Positions 1 through 12,670 of a stretch of DNA of 64,000 bases are shown here, one piece after another. Numbering within the stretch: position 1 is the stretch's first letter; each line of letters starts with the position of its first letter. The notes under the pieces are model-generated. The model did no database searches. It was given only the letters and a program-made list of their open reading frames with translations, and was not told where the DNA came from. Origin of the DNA: Camelus dromedarius (Eukaryota); contig NC_087436.1 in assembly GCF_036321535.1 (NCBI RefSeq), forward strand, positions 98,086,001 through 98,150,000, in the 5' to 3' direction. A program made the translations under genes and the position numbers.

Positions 1-430
1 TATCTCTTCATTATTGATTTTCACTTATTTTTTATGTATTTTTATGAATCTTTAATTGGTTATTTGTATTACAAATATCTCACTCTAATTTGTGGATTGC
101 CATTTCTAGTCTTTCAAAATTGTTTTTCAAAGAATTAAGAATTTCTTAATTTTAATAAAGTTCAATTTATCAGTCTTTTCTTTCATAGTAAATAGTGTGT
201 AGTGTTTTGAGGAACTAGTAACCTATTCAAATATCATTCTCTATGTGGTATTACATAAAATTTCTGGTTTCACATTTCAGATTGTTGTTTATGATCCATC
301 TAGAATTGATTTCGTACATGGTGTGAATTCGAAGTCATCTTTTTTCCATATGGTACAATTATTCTTATAGTTTAAAGGCCATCACTTTTTCTTGTTTTGA
401 CACTATTAATGTAATCAAGTGATTTAGCAT
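1..430 (-). mobile_element. Old LINE-1 (L1M) ORF2 fragment
   Basis: T-rich antisense L1 motifs such as 'ttttaataaagttcaatttatcagtcttttc' and 'tatgatccatctagaattgattt...atggtgtga' resemble the recalled L1 ORF2 reverse complement. Confidence 0.75.
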
Positions 431-539
431 TTTTAATTTCTCGTGATTCTGTATTTTTTTAATTCCATGTGATTAAGATTATAAAGGCTGAGGAGAGAGT
501 ATAACTCAACCAAACCACACTCATCTTTTCTGCTTCTCT

Positions 540-1430
540 TATAATTTAATCAGTCTTTTATACCTGGTTTATGTTTGTATCTTTCTATATCTGTTTTTTC
601 CTTCATTGAACTTTGTTTGCTGGCATGGTTGGTGAGATTTTGTGTACTTAAAGTGAAAAGTTAAGTTTCTGGATTAGTTTCTGGATAGTATTATCATCCT
701 TCAGAGAAAACTGTCTTTTTCTCTTCAGGCAGATAGCACACATGTAAATCACCTTGCTTTAATAATGACTGTGAATGCTTGAAGCTTTAAAGTTTGTGAA
801 AATTCTTCTATTTCTTATAGGTTCTTTCTTTTAGGGAATAACCCTTTAGAACTATGAACTATGAACCTGGAGTGGTTGCAGGGTCTGACTTCCTTTTTAA
901 GACTTCAGGTCTATCAGTTGTTGCCCCAGAACTCTGACACTGCGGATCCTTAAGTATCGTTTTTCTCTCAGCAGCTGTTTTTCTTTGTTGTTTTTGACCT
1001 TTTACTCTAGACATGCCCACTTTAGGAATTGGTTAATGCCTTTTGAGGGATTGTATCCAGAAGACCTGGATCAACTTCCATAGTTCCAGTTCTCTGCCAT
1101 TCTTTCCTCTTAAATCCTCATTGCTCTGGTATCCATGAACTTCAATGTTGCACCAGCTCAGTGGCAACAACACTGAGATCATGCTCTGCTATCAGGCTCT
1201 ACATTCACAAAGGCAGCAAATAGCTTTTCAGGGAGACGGCTGCTTTGAATGCAACCTTGGTGAACCTCTATAAGGTCTTTACTCTCAAGTTCTGGGAACT
1301 TCGTTGGATTCTGATACTTTCAGTCTATTTTTTATTCATTTGTTGTTTTCATAATTTAGAAGATTCTTACAGCTGCTTTCAATGACTGGATACAGTGGGG
1401 TTGCTCATCATAGTGAGGAATGAAATTCAA
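540..1430 (-). mobile_element. Ancient L1ME/HAL1-type 5' region fragment
   Basis: Shares ordered, diverged blocks with 62870-63870 (for example 'cttcaggcaga', 'aatgcc', 'agcaaa'). The pattern resembles ancient L1 5' ends; subfamily uncertain. Confidence 0.5.
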
Positions 1431-2199
1431 GATTAATTTTTACCAAGTTATATGGATGATGATAAAAAAGTAAAAAAATAAATATAAAATGCAAGTCTTT
1501 TGATTCCCCAACAGTCTTACGTGGCATATTTACAGAAATTTCTGAGTGGCAGATTTTCAACAAGTCATCAAGTTCCCCTGATGTGGTGCCATGTCACATT
1601 TTCTCCCAATGAGAGACACCGATTTCATTAGCAAAAATCTCTGAAAAACTCATCTTTTGAAGGTTAAGAGGGGGCTCTTCCTTGAACTCATTGTATCTTC
1701 TCTTATTCTGTAGAGTTCACTCTCATTCCTTATTATTCTGATTCTCTGTTAACATTAATTAATTTATATATCACACTTTCCCTATTCAAATTATTCTGTG
1801 ATTTCTCTCTCCATTGTACTCTGATAACAAACAAGCACATAAGAGTTTTGATGAAGATCCAGACATAAGTAGCAAGGACATACCTACACTGAATAGTTTG
1901 TGTCCCTCAACCTAAAAGGGACTGGTAGACAGAGAAGAGAATAAAATATAGGTCAAATATAAATGCAGAACAGGAATGCAGTGAGATGCATTCCTACTTA
2001 GACTCTGAGTTCTTACAACTGCTTAGAATTCAACAAAGGGTGACACCATAGTTAGGCTTTATATAACCTTTTACTGATCAATTGACTGCAGGGTCAGAGA
2101 CCTGAGTAGGTTGAAAAAAAAAAAAACAGAATAAAATATCAGTAGGATAAAAGTTCTAGTAGATATTCTGGAAACATACTGTTATTACGGAGATTACAG

Positions 2200-2355
2200 T
2201 GAATCCTAGATTTAGAGAGAGAGGGTCAGAATTTGAATTCTGGAATTGCTTCTAACTAAAAATGAAAGTTTATCAATTTTGTAAGCTGCCTGACTCTAAG
2301 TTTCTTGAATGAAACGAGGGAAAAAACCCGTCTCTTTAGTCATATGTGTAGGATG
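2200..2355 (+). mobile_element. MIR SINE remnant
   Basis: 'gggtcagaatttgaattctgg...ctctaagtttcttgaatgaaacgaggg' resembles the MIR core. Confidence 0.5.
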
Positions 2356-2411
2356 TGTGTGGTGGATAAGGACGCAGGGAGAGGGGTAGCAGGAGCCGCA
2401 GTGGTGGGTTT

Positions 2412-2492
2412 CAGCATTATTATCATTATCAGCAGCATCCTCATTATCAGCAGCAGAAACGTCAGTATCCTCATATTAATGATAACAGCATC
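2412..2492 (+). repeat. Degenerate (CAG/CAT/TAT)n triplet repeat
   Basis: 'cagcattattatcattatcagcagcatcctcattatcagcagcag...', with 'tcattatcagcagca' repeated at an 18-bp period. Confidence 0.8.
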
Positions 2493-2927
2493 CACATCTT
2501 TGTGCCTTTCTAAAGTCCAAAGAATTCTAAATTCTGAAATACATGTAGCCCTAAGGATTTCGGGTAAGGGATTGTGAGCCTGTATTAATAAGGTTTTGTG
2601 GTAATAAACATGTTTTATTTTTACAAAAAGTAATCTCTTGCTCTTCTTTTTTTCTTGGAACATGAAATGTCTGAGAGGTTGAGGGGAGTATTTGATTAGG
2701 AATCTCAGTTGGGAGATGGGCAGGAGAAAGGTTTAAGAAATATTGCTATAATTATATTTCTCCCAGTAAAGGGATCAGAAAAGCAAGTAAAGACTTTTAT
2801 TTTTTTTTAAATATTAAAATTTTTGTTGTTGAAATATGCTTCTCAAAATATGACATGATTCAAACATTGAACTACTTACAAAAATCGTGACTTGTAAGTA
2901 TCCCAGAGCTCATACATTTAATAATTT

Positions 2928-2937
<10 letters not shown>

Positions 2938-2972
<35 letters not shown>
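2938..2972. repeat. (TA)n microsatellite
   Basis: About 17 perfect TA units. Confidence 0.98.
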
Positions 2973-2976
<4 letters not shown>

Positions 2977-4809
2977 CTCCCTTTTGCTAATACCATGCTT
3001 AATTAAAAGCATATTGGTCATTGTATTTCGCATGTGACTTACTCAAAAGGATAAAATATGTCTGACAGGCACATAAAGCAATCTTGTTTTTTATTTGCTT
3101 TTGAAATAAATGTACTTTAAGTTAACATGTTGACATTGTGGGTCACATATTGGTGTGTTCTGCATTTTCTGAATACGAATCAAATTCCTCATTTTTAGTC
3201 CATTCTAGTACAGAAGAAATTGAGATCCTAACGCAGCTGGACTTGGAGTCAGACTCATGACAATGGTGAATTAACCAAGGTTAATATGACCTTAGGATTT
3301 GATCATTGGTTAACCACTCGGCCTTCCCAATAACTTTTTCATGGGAAACATTCTCAGTACAGACTCCCAAGGTCAAACTGAACATATTGTTAAGATTTTT
3401 TTCAGTCCCACTTATTATACTTTTTTGTAAGATACCTCAAACCACAGATACTAGAAATAGCCACTGCAAGTTAGAGAGCTCAAATAATATATAAACAAAT
3501 GTAGTAAGATGAGTTAAATTCAGTGAATATGACTTATAAATAGTAACATAGCATGTGAATTCATGTAATATTCAAGAAGAAAAATATAGAATATAACCTT
3601 ATTGATATCTAAAAAACACACATGTAGCCAACATGATGATGAATAATCCTCTTATAATTATGTTTTTTATATACATACACACACACACTTAGTTCACAGT
3701 ACAAATTTAACTGTTACATTTAAATTTTTATTATTGTTGCTAGGAATTAAGATTTCATGCATTTTAATATGAACCTTGGAAAGAAGGCTTAGAGGATTGA
3801 CTTTTCTTTCAATTATAATATTGTCATTTTCTATTAATGAGAGATAATTATGTGATAAGTGAACAACTCTACTCTTGGGAACTCATTTCTTTTCACATTT
3901 ATAGGGTTTACCATCATTACTGCTTTTATAAGAGGCAATGAGTTTGAGTCTGAAGTTCTCCAAACTGTATTTATTAAGGTTATTTCATTATCGTAGAATC
4001 TAAGAATTTAGTTAACATTAAATAACATGTTACTTTTTATATAATTGTGCAAGATTTAGTTTTAAAAAGTGAAAATTTAGTACAACAAATAATTAAAGAG
4101 AAGAAACAAATGTAAATTAAATGAAGGATTTCACTTTCTCCATTAAAAGTAAATTAAGATGTTAACAAACGATTATCTATGCTACCCTCCCACTCAGCTC
4201 AATCCAGCTGCATCTGTAAGTCAGACTATTTTCAACTGCTTTTAATTAGCAGTTTTTGTGACTATCTCAGAGGTTGCAAATTAAAGAGAACATTAACTAG
4301 CAGATTTTGTAGTGCTTACAAAGGAAATGTCCTAGGGAGAACTCCAAATAGCGATAAAGAATCTCAGTAGTAGTGGAAGGCAATGATAAGGCATGAATGA
4401 AGAAATTTTTTTTTAAAAGTGAGAACTACTGAAGTCTCAGATTTGATGCTATAAAATTAAGACTCAGAAGAGATTAAATGAATTTCTTTCCTGTAGTTAA
4501 TAGAAATTTGAAAAAAAATCTCACTAGAAACAGTTTAAGGTGTGGAACTGACTAAAGTGAGGTGATGTTATTGATTATAATTTTTTATGTATGATGTAGG
4601 CTTTTTAAATTTACCAAATTTAGAACAGATGGTATTGTCAAGATTTTACTTATACTCTTACCCATGTAATGTAATAAATACTGTAGCTCAAACTCTTTTA
4701 TGTAGTATGAAAAATAAAAATCTGTATTCTTAGAGAAGTATGTCAGACATAGAAATTTAAGTATGGTTATTCAAGTTGTTTTTTTTTTTAATTTTTAGTT
4801 TTAAGACTT

Positions 4810-5105
4810 TTTTTTTTTAGAGCAGTTTTAGGTTGACAGCAGAATTGAGAGGAATGTGCAAAGACTTCCCATATTCCTCCTATTCCCACATACATACAAC
4901 CTTCCCTGTTATCAACATCCACCCCCACTCCCGCAGAGTGATATTTTTATCACAATTAGCATCCAAAGTCCCAAAGTTTACCTTAGGGTTCTTGGTGTGG
5001 TACATGCTATGGGTTTAGACAAGTTCATAATGACATGTCTCTATCATAATAGTGTCATACAGAGGATTTTCATTGACCTAAAATTCCTCTGTGCTCTGTA
5101 CATTC
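4810..5105 (-). mobile_element. L1MC1-like 3' end (5'-truncated LINE-1)
   Basis: Poly-T followed by 'agagcagttttaggttgacagcagaattgag...ttcccatat...gtttaccttagggttc'. Clearly homologous to 20870-21301. Confidence 0.85.
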
Positions 5106-6380
5106 TGACTAATCTTTCCATAGTCAGGGTATCTTAAGTACTGGATTTTTTTTTTTTATTATTAGAATAAGCTGTGATTAAGATTTTGTTCTAAAACCAA
5201 AAAAAAAAAAAAAAAATTCTAATTCTGTCTCCAACTTAGAAAAGTTATTTTTTTTTCCTAAAAATCAACTAGCAAGTTAGTTTTTAAAACAGTCGGTTTT
5301 TTTATAAAAATACTGTAAGTAGTGATTGATTTATTAGGCTGGCCTATTCAACTTACCCATCTATCTCGTATATATTCGTATGTAGGGATAAATATGTATA
5401 CGTTCATCCACCTTTCCCATCTCTACTCCACCCAAGATAAAGATTAAATCAGTTTTAAAATTACAAGATTAAATAATATTTATAAAAAGATTAGAGATCT
5501 TGCTCTTTTTAAGTCAAGAGAACCTCAACATGCTTTGGTTTGGAACATTTGATTTTGGTTTTACTTTTTAATTCAGGACACTTATAAATCATGTGTTGAG
5601 TAAACAAGCACACAGATATGTAGTAGCTAAGCCACTGTTGAAATATTCCATAGCAAACAGTAAAACATGTTGGGTAGGGGTTTTGTTTTGTTTTTTCTAT
5701 GTGCCAATTTACATAGCTATGTTTAATTTACCTCATTATTGAAAACCATGCTGGTCTTATATTTTTTTTCCTAATATGTTCCTCAAATGTTAAATATGCA
5801 CAAATATAATGCTGGATGTTGGCTATAGAGAGATGAAGATGACATTTCTTCACACTTAAATGTCATATAGTTTATAGAAGATCTTATATGGTTCTGTTAT
5901 TATGCCTTAGAAAGCATAGTCATGTATGATTATTCATGTTCTATAAAAATTAAGAATAAAAATAAAATTAAGAATATTATATACATTTATTTCATCTAAT
6001 ATATATGTAAAGTTCACTGATATTCAACCAAATATAAATTAAGCCTCAAAAAACTTTGTTAATAATAATGCTAAGATAGGGATAATTTTTATAAAACAAT
6101 CTGTATTTATAAACATTAAAAATGCAATATAAATATGTAATGGTTCCACCCAAAATGCCTAATTTATTTTTAAGGAAGAGCTTATGATTCTGTTGGTTCT
6201 AAGAACTTGCGTTAAAAAAATACTGATAGAAAATTTCTTAACTCACATGTACTATTTCTTTGTGGTAACTTAGGACAAAGTGAGAGAAAAGTTGAGTTGG
6301 TCATTTCCTCATCAAAATTTTTCTGAAGCACCTTAGAAATGATTCTATTCATAATTTATGTCTAGTGCCTTCTAATCTAG

Positions 6381-7140
6381 TTATTCAGTCATTCAGTAGA
6401 TACTTATTGAGTGCAAGAGATGGATATGTATCAGTTAAACATAAGGTAAAGCTTTCTTCCCTTGTGAAACATACGTTCTGGTAAGGGGAGATAGCCAATA
6501 AATGGTTAAATTTTATAGTATGTTATGAAGTCATAAATGCTACAACTTTAGAATGGGCTAAGGGAGATAGGGACTGTGGGGGAAAGGGCAGAAAAAGGTT
6601 TTTAAAAATAGTCATGACACTAATGCCTATCTACTGAGCAAAGTGTAGGAGGAAATAAAGGTCAGAAAGGTCAGAGGTAATGTGTGTGGGTGGGACCAGT
6701 GATGTAGTGGTACTTCAGAGTCCATTATAAAGACTATGATTTTTCACTGAATAAAATGGAGTCATGGGAGGGTGACAGCAAGATGTGATACAATTGAAAT
6801 TTCATTTGAAAATGATCTCTGTGTTAAGCAGAGGCAGAGGTAAGAGTATAAGCACTAAGACCGGTTAAGAAACTATTTAGTACTCCAGTGAAAGAAGAGG
6901 AGAGCTTGGACAGGGAGGTGAGAAGTGGCCAGATTCCAGATACATGTTGAAATTAGATGTTTCTGGATTGAATGTACAGTATGAGAGAAACGGAGCAGTG
7001 TTGGATAGGGTGGGCTGACAAACATCAGGTGCTCTGTTTTGGACAAGTTAGGCTTAGATAACTATTAAATAATACAAGTGTGAAGAGCAAGTAAATAGAT
7101 GATGGTGCAAGTTTGGAGTACAGGGGAAATGCCCACTTTG
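6381..7140 (-). mobile_element. L2 LINE
   Basis: Starts with the antisense L2 tail 'ttattcagtcattcagtagatacttattgagtgc', followed by a purine-rich L2 body ('gagaagtggccagattccagatacatgttgaa', 'ctgttttggaca'). Confidence 0.85.
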
Positions 7141-8520
7141 GAAGATTCCAGAGAATTTCTGGGGGTAATTAGCATAAGTCTCGCATATGCCCATGATGCA
7201 TTCCAGTCAGCCACCAGATTGTACCTAATATCCCCTTATGCTCCTCTTGCTGTCCCTCGACACCTGTTGAATATCGCTGTTATTTCTTCTAGGTATTGCT
7301 GTCCTGATAGGCATTGTGGTTACTTGCAAAGGGGCACAGTCATCTTCGATTTTGACTGCTAAATGCGAGCCTCTGTTCAGATAAGCATGTAGTGTAATCT
7401 GTTGCAAAGTGAGAGAATGACACTTTCTCCTGTGTGTGAGTGTGTGTATATAATTTCACATTCACTAAAATATTTCTTTAAAGTAAAAGTGCATTACATT
7501 TCATTTAGGAATAAAGTATCTAATATTCATATTTATGTCAAACTATAAAGATTGATTGCCAGCTCAGCAGTCAGATCTCCCGAACAGGATTAAGAATGGG
7601 ATGTTTCACATAAGATTTTTGCTGGAAAGAAATTTTATATTAAACAGATAAGATCACAATAAATATAAGCTTTTGATATTAGTATTCCTGTTTTCTTCAT
7701 TACTGAAAAATTTGCTAAATAACAAAAGACTTCTAAGATAGGCAGTGTTTTCTTATCCTTAACGAATATGAATTCTGCATTAACCTACTAATCATAATGC
7801 TTATAAAGAAGGTAATAAATGAGATAAATATAGATTTACACACATTTTTATTATGTCATTTTACAAAGGGAGATAATATGCCTATTAAAGGGTTAAAACT
7901 TCTCAGTTACCTATAATTTGGTACTTAATTCAAGAATGCTGAGCAGATATTGATGAAACACAAATAGTCTTTTTGAACTTTTTCAGCTGATTCAAGTATG
8001 AACTGAAAGGAACAAGAAATTGGTAGATGTCAAGATCTGCTCCCTACTCTCTTCTGTTTCTGTATTTGATCCAATTCAAAGAGCATGGACTGTTACAGGG
8101 GTTGGAGATCCTCTAAGTAGTGCTTTGGGCCTTAAAGTTTTCTCATTAATTATAATGAAATAATTTAATTATATATGGTATTTAAAATAGTGACACATAG
8201 TAAGAGATTTTCTAGGATGATATTATTTTACTATTCACTGTCATACAGCCATTCAAATTGATCTTATTCATTTCTGATGGGATTAAATGAAATAATTCAG
8301 GGTACTTACTTTTCAAGATTCTTAGAAATAACCCTAACCCTAACAGGAATCAAACCTTTTGTGAGCATTTAAAAATATATCTTTAACATTATAACATTGA
8401 TTTAACCTTGTAAAAAATTGGATTTAACAATAAAATTTTGTTTAGTAGGTCTATATATAAATGCAAGTAACGGATGCTAATCTGTTAGTTTTAAAATTTA
8501 ACTCTATACTCCCTGGCCAG

Positions 8521-8790
8521 TTTTCTTTTTACTTTGAAATAGCGTTAAGCCTCCAGGATAGTTACGAGAATTATAAAAGTAACTTTTTATTTTCCTCACC
8601 CATTTGCAGATAAATTGCTTACATAATGGCCAGTAAAAATAATAAATAACATTGATAAATTACCATCAAATACTCAAACCTAATCAAGTTTTGCTGATTG
8701 TTCCAATAAAGTCTTTTAGAGAAAAAGGATCCAATCAAGGCTAACATACTTCATTTCTTTTTCATAACTCATTAATCTCTCAGTTTGTTC
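8521..8790 (-). mobile_element. L1MC4/L1MC5-like 3' UTR fragment
   Basis: 'tttactttgaaatag...aacattgataaattaccatc...ttgttccaataaagtcttttagagaaaaaggatcca' matches the recalled L1MC4/5 3' end. Confidence 0.65.
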
Positions 8791-11700
8791 AAATAAAAAT
8801 AGTAAATACACCCCTTCAGATACATAATGTACATTTGAGTTCCTATTATTAATTTGAGGATTACTATTAGGTTCTAGGGGCTGAGAAATGTAGATTATCA
8901 AAGCAGCAAAGGCACATTTTCTTACAAATCCATACGTCAATAAAGAAATGTTTAACAATTTGTTAATTGTTAACAAATTAACAGTATTAATATTCAGAAT
9001 ACCATGTAATAAATAGTGGTTGAGGCAAAAAAATAAAAAAGTATTTAATGTAATACAAGGAAAAATGCTTAATTAGTATTCATCTAATATTTTGAAAATA
9101 AAACTCATCAAAAAATAAGTAGTAAAATGCAAAATTGCTCCTGAAATGTTCACAATAAATCTGAAATGCATGAATGCCATGTAAGAAACAATTTTCCAGT
9201 GATTTTGGAGACTTTTATTGCTTCAAATGGCTGATTGTCATATAAGCAATTTTCTAAAACATGTGAAATTTAAGTCATTGAAATTCTTTCTGTCTGACAT
9301 TTTTTACTGTATAGAAATAGCCTTAATGTAACTTCCATTACCTATAGATGAATGATGAATCCAAATGTGTTAGATAAGTAAATGCAGCAAGGGCTGCAAA
9401 TTTTCAACACAATGCTGATTTTCCTTATTTGGAAAAATAAATCTCCCCAAATTATCTACAAAGTATCTGAAATGTTGTGGGATTTTCTTAGATACTGTGT
9501 TTAATTAATATGAGTTAAATTTTTAGAATATTCTCATTTTTAGAAATACTGATTTTTGAAGATATATTTGAGAATGTTTTGTTTGATTTTTAAACAGAGA
9601 AACTAATTTAAGTCCAAGTTCAGTTAGTAAGTGTGAATAGTTATATTTGAAACTTTGATCAAAAGTGAGGTAGGTTTTTAAATTAAAATTTATTTTCTTG
9701 TGTATTTCCTCAAATGACTCTAGGCCAGATCATTTACCACAAGACCTACAGGTGAATTTGCTGAGGAATAATTATATTTTAGTATTTTTAAATTTTCTAA
9801 TGCAATAGTATAATTTAATTTGTACAAAATAAACAACTTTGAAAAATATATAAGCAGATATCCATATCTCTATTTCTTTTTAATTATGGCCAATGAAAAG
9901 TAAATATAAATGACCATTTGTTAAGAATTATAGGTTTTCTGTGCCACTGTAGTACCATCTCCTTCTGCTCAAGTTAATGGTCTTGGCATAGTTTATCTTC
10001 TATTCAGTACATTGAAATGTATAAGAAACCTTCTATTCTCACCACTGGAAGGAAGAGAATTGTAGCTCAGTGATTTAGATTTCTTATAAGATCTGTTTCT
10101 TTTTTAGAGTAAGCCTTTTCCTCAAGTCTAAAGAAACATCACAAGAAATAATAGGGAAAGAGGACTTTCTGTGTAGCTTGCACTCTGTTGAGTTTAATAA
10201 CCACTCTCCTTGGGCAAAAAAACTGTGTTCATAGAACCATCTTATTTTCCTCTGAAGAAGTTTCTTGGTCTTTCATTAGCTTGTTTGTTTATTTAACAAC
10301 TTAGAGGCTCAATTCTTGATAACAGAGTCTGGGCAAAGTCAAGGTGAATTGACTGTCCTAAAGTGACAAGAGAGTTTTAGTCTCAAAATTGGATGAATGG
10401 AGGGATATCACATTGCAAGAATGTCCGAATCCTTTGGTCCCTCCCACAGAACGTCCTCAAGTTCTCCAGTGTGAGCAAATGTTCTTTAAACACTGTAGTC
10501 TTAAAAACTGTAGTAATTGTTCAGTGATTTGGCATGGAGGTCATAATTGTCATGGGCAGAATTCCAGGTAGACCATAAAAATTCAGGTAAGAATAGCAAC
10601 ATTTTAGTTTCTCTTTGGAAGATGTTTACCACTGGTGAGCAAATTGAAGAGTTTAAAGAATTAATTTTCTTGAAACTGATTTTATATAGTAAACAATCAA
10701 ACAAAAAGATGTTTGTATTGGTTTTTGGATGGTGATAGGATTTTGGGGAGACAAAGTTCCAATTAAATTATATTTCAGGAAAGACAGTCTTGGTCTTTGT
10801 CTTAAAATTGTCTTCACAGTAAAATGAAAATCAGAATTCTTTACCCAGTTCTCTTGGTTTGCTTATTCCTTTTTTTTTTTTCTCTTTCTTTTCTTTTTTT
10901 TTTTTTTTTAATTCCTCAAAAAGAAAAAAGAACCTCTTACCACTAATGATGAGATTATATATCCTATTAATTCTAGCAGGTAGTAGTTGAACAAGATCAA
11001 ATTTGGTTTATAAATATAACAAAATGTGACATTTTTATGCTTAAGTGTATTGAAGAAATTTATGTGGGCAGATGCCTGACTTGAATTTATCCATTTATCC
11101 ATTTGTTTAAATCTTTAAGTTTTAGACACAAATCCCGTAAGAGATTATTTTGGTATCTTGGCAACCAGATTGAAAAAATACGTATGTACACACACACACA
11201 CACACCCTAAAACTTAATACCGAATCTGTACATTTGAGTGAAAAAGTTAAAGTAATATAGAAAAAAACAGGGTCAGTTTGTAGATGATTTTCAAAAAAAA
11301 GATTTCTATTAACACCCTACTTTTCTAGTCATTTGCCTACCTTCTTACACAGGCTCAAAATTTCAAAGGCTCCGGAAACTATGCTATGTACATATAAATT
11401 TTTGTAAACAATCAAGTTAATTATGGAAATATGATGTTCATTTTCCCGAAAGAATTCGCACTTGACTTTGATTCTGTTTCCAAATCCTCTCCAATGTACT
11501 TATCAAGTGCAGCTAGAAAATAGATTTGAGTCCAAAACACCCAGGTGAAAATTGAATTAGGGATTATATATTCAATTATAGCTCACTTATGCTCAAAGGT
11601 AGGCTAACATTCTGGTTTAATTTATGCCTTAGGTTTTGGAAAATCAAATCGTCTGTATGGAAACATCCAGCATTTTAATCCAACTAATTTAACTTAGGGT

Positions 11701-12237
11701 TGACCTCTTTAAATACATAAAAATGAAGATTCATACAACCATCCTTTTTAAAGTCATGTTGGAAGAGATGTAAGACTCTATCGGGACAACACATCATTAT
11801 GTGAAAAGCTAGAAAAATATGATTACTTTCATATCTAAAAAGATACAGAATAAAACAAAAAAATCAGAAGAACAGAATTTTAAATTTAATTTTAAAATAA
11901 TTTGTATCAGGGAATACTCTTAGCCATCTCAAAGAACACTAGATCTCAAAATGTGGCTAGGAGGCAGGAACACAAACTCTTACTCAGGAGACAATAAAAA
12001 TGTAGCTCAGATGTGCTGAGCACACATAAATGATGATGTAGAGTTATAAAATTTAGGTGAATGGCGTTTAGAGAAAACACTCATCTATGTGAAACTATTT
12101 AGGGGGAGAAGCATGAATTAATGCTTTCTTAACTGAAAAATATACATATATATATATGTAGATATACATATGTAAAGATATATATAGCTTATGTATTAAA
12201 GCAAGCCATTTAGAAAGAAGTCTATGACTCTGTTTTC

Positions 12238-12261
12238 AGTAGTAGTAGTAGTAGTAGTAGT
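12238..12261. repeat. (AGT)n microsatellite
   Basis: About 8 AGT units. Confidence 0.95.
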
Positions 12262-12562
12262 ATTTTTTATTCCAATTTTATATCCTTGTTTCACAGGAGG
12301 TTATGAGTACCACTTTCATTGTTAGTTATTCAAAACAACAAGCTTAAAAAGCAAAAACACTCTTTTTTCATTAAATTACTATGTAAAGTCAGTGGCTATC
12401 AGGATGTGGCCTTTAATTATAACTAACATTTTCCAAAAAAATTAATTTGTCAGTAATCTCTCCCTAGATTCTTTAACCATTATTTGATCATATGCATTTG
12501 ATTTTGTTTGGATGTATTCAGTGAAGATAACATGCCACAGGGGACGGAACACTCTTGAAGAT

Positions 12563-12670
12563 AAAATGGCCGCCCATGGTTAAATGTTTTTAGAAAATGA
12601 GGAAGGAAGGCAAAAGGTCAGCAGATTAAATTGTTACATGTCTGAACTGAAAAGCCAGACCCAATCACAG
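12563..12670 (+). promoter_or_regulatory. Candidate regulatory motif cluster (YY1-like, NBRE, CCAAT)
   Basis: AAAATGGCCGCC at 12563-12574, AAAGGTCA at 12613-12620 and CCAAT at 12661-12665, in apparently repeat-free DNA. Motif evidence only. Confidence 0.25.

Noticed and set aside
9423..9432. Perfect CArG box CCTTATTTGG near a GATA site
   Set aside because: Several CArG boxes are expected by chance in 64 kb of AT-rich DNA, and there is no other support.
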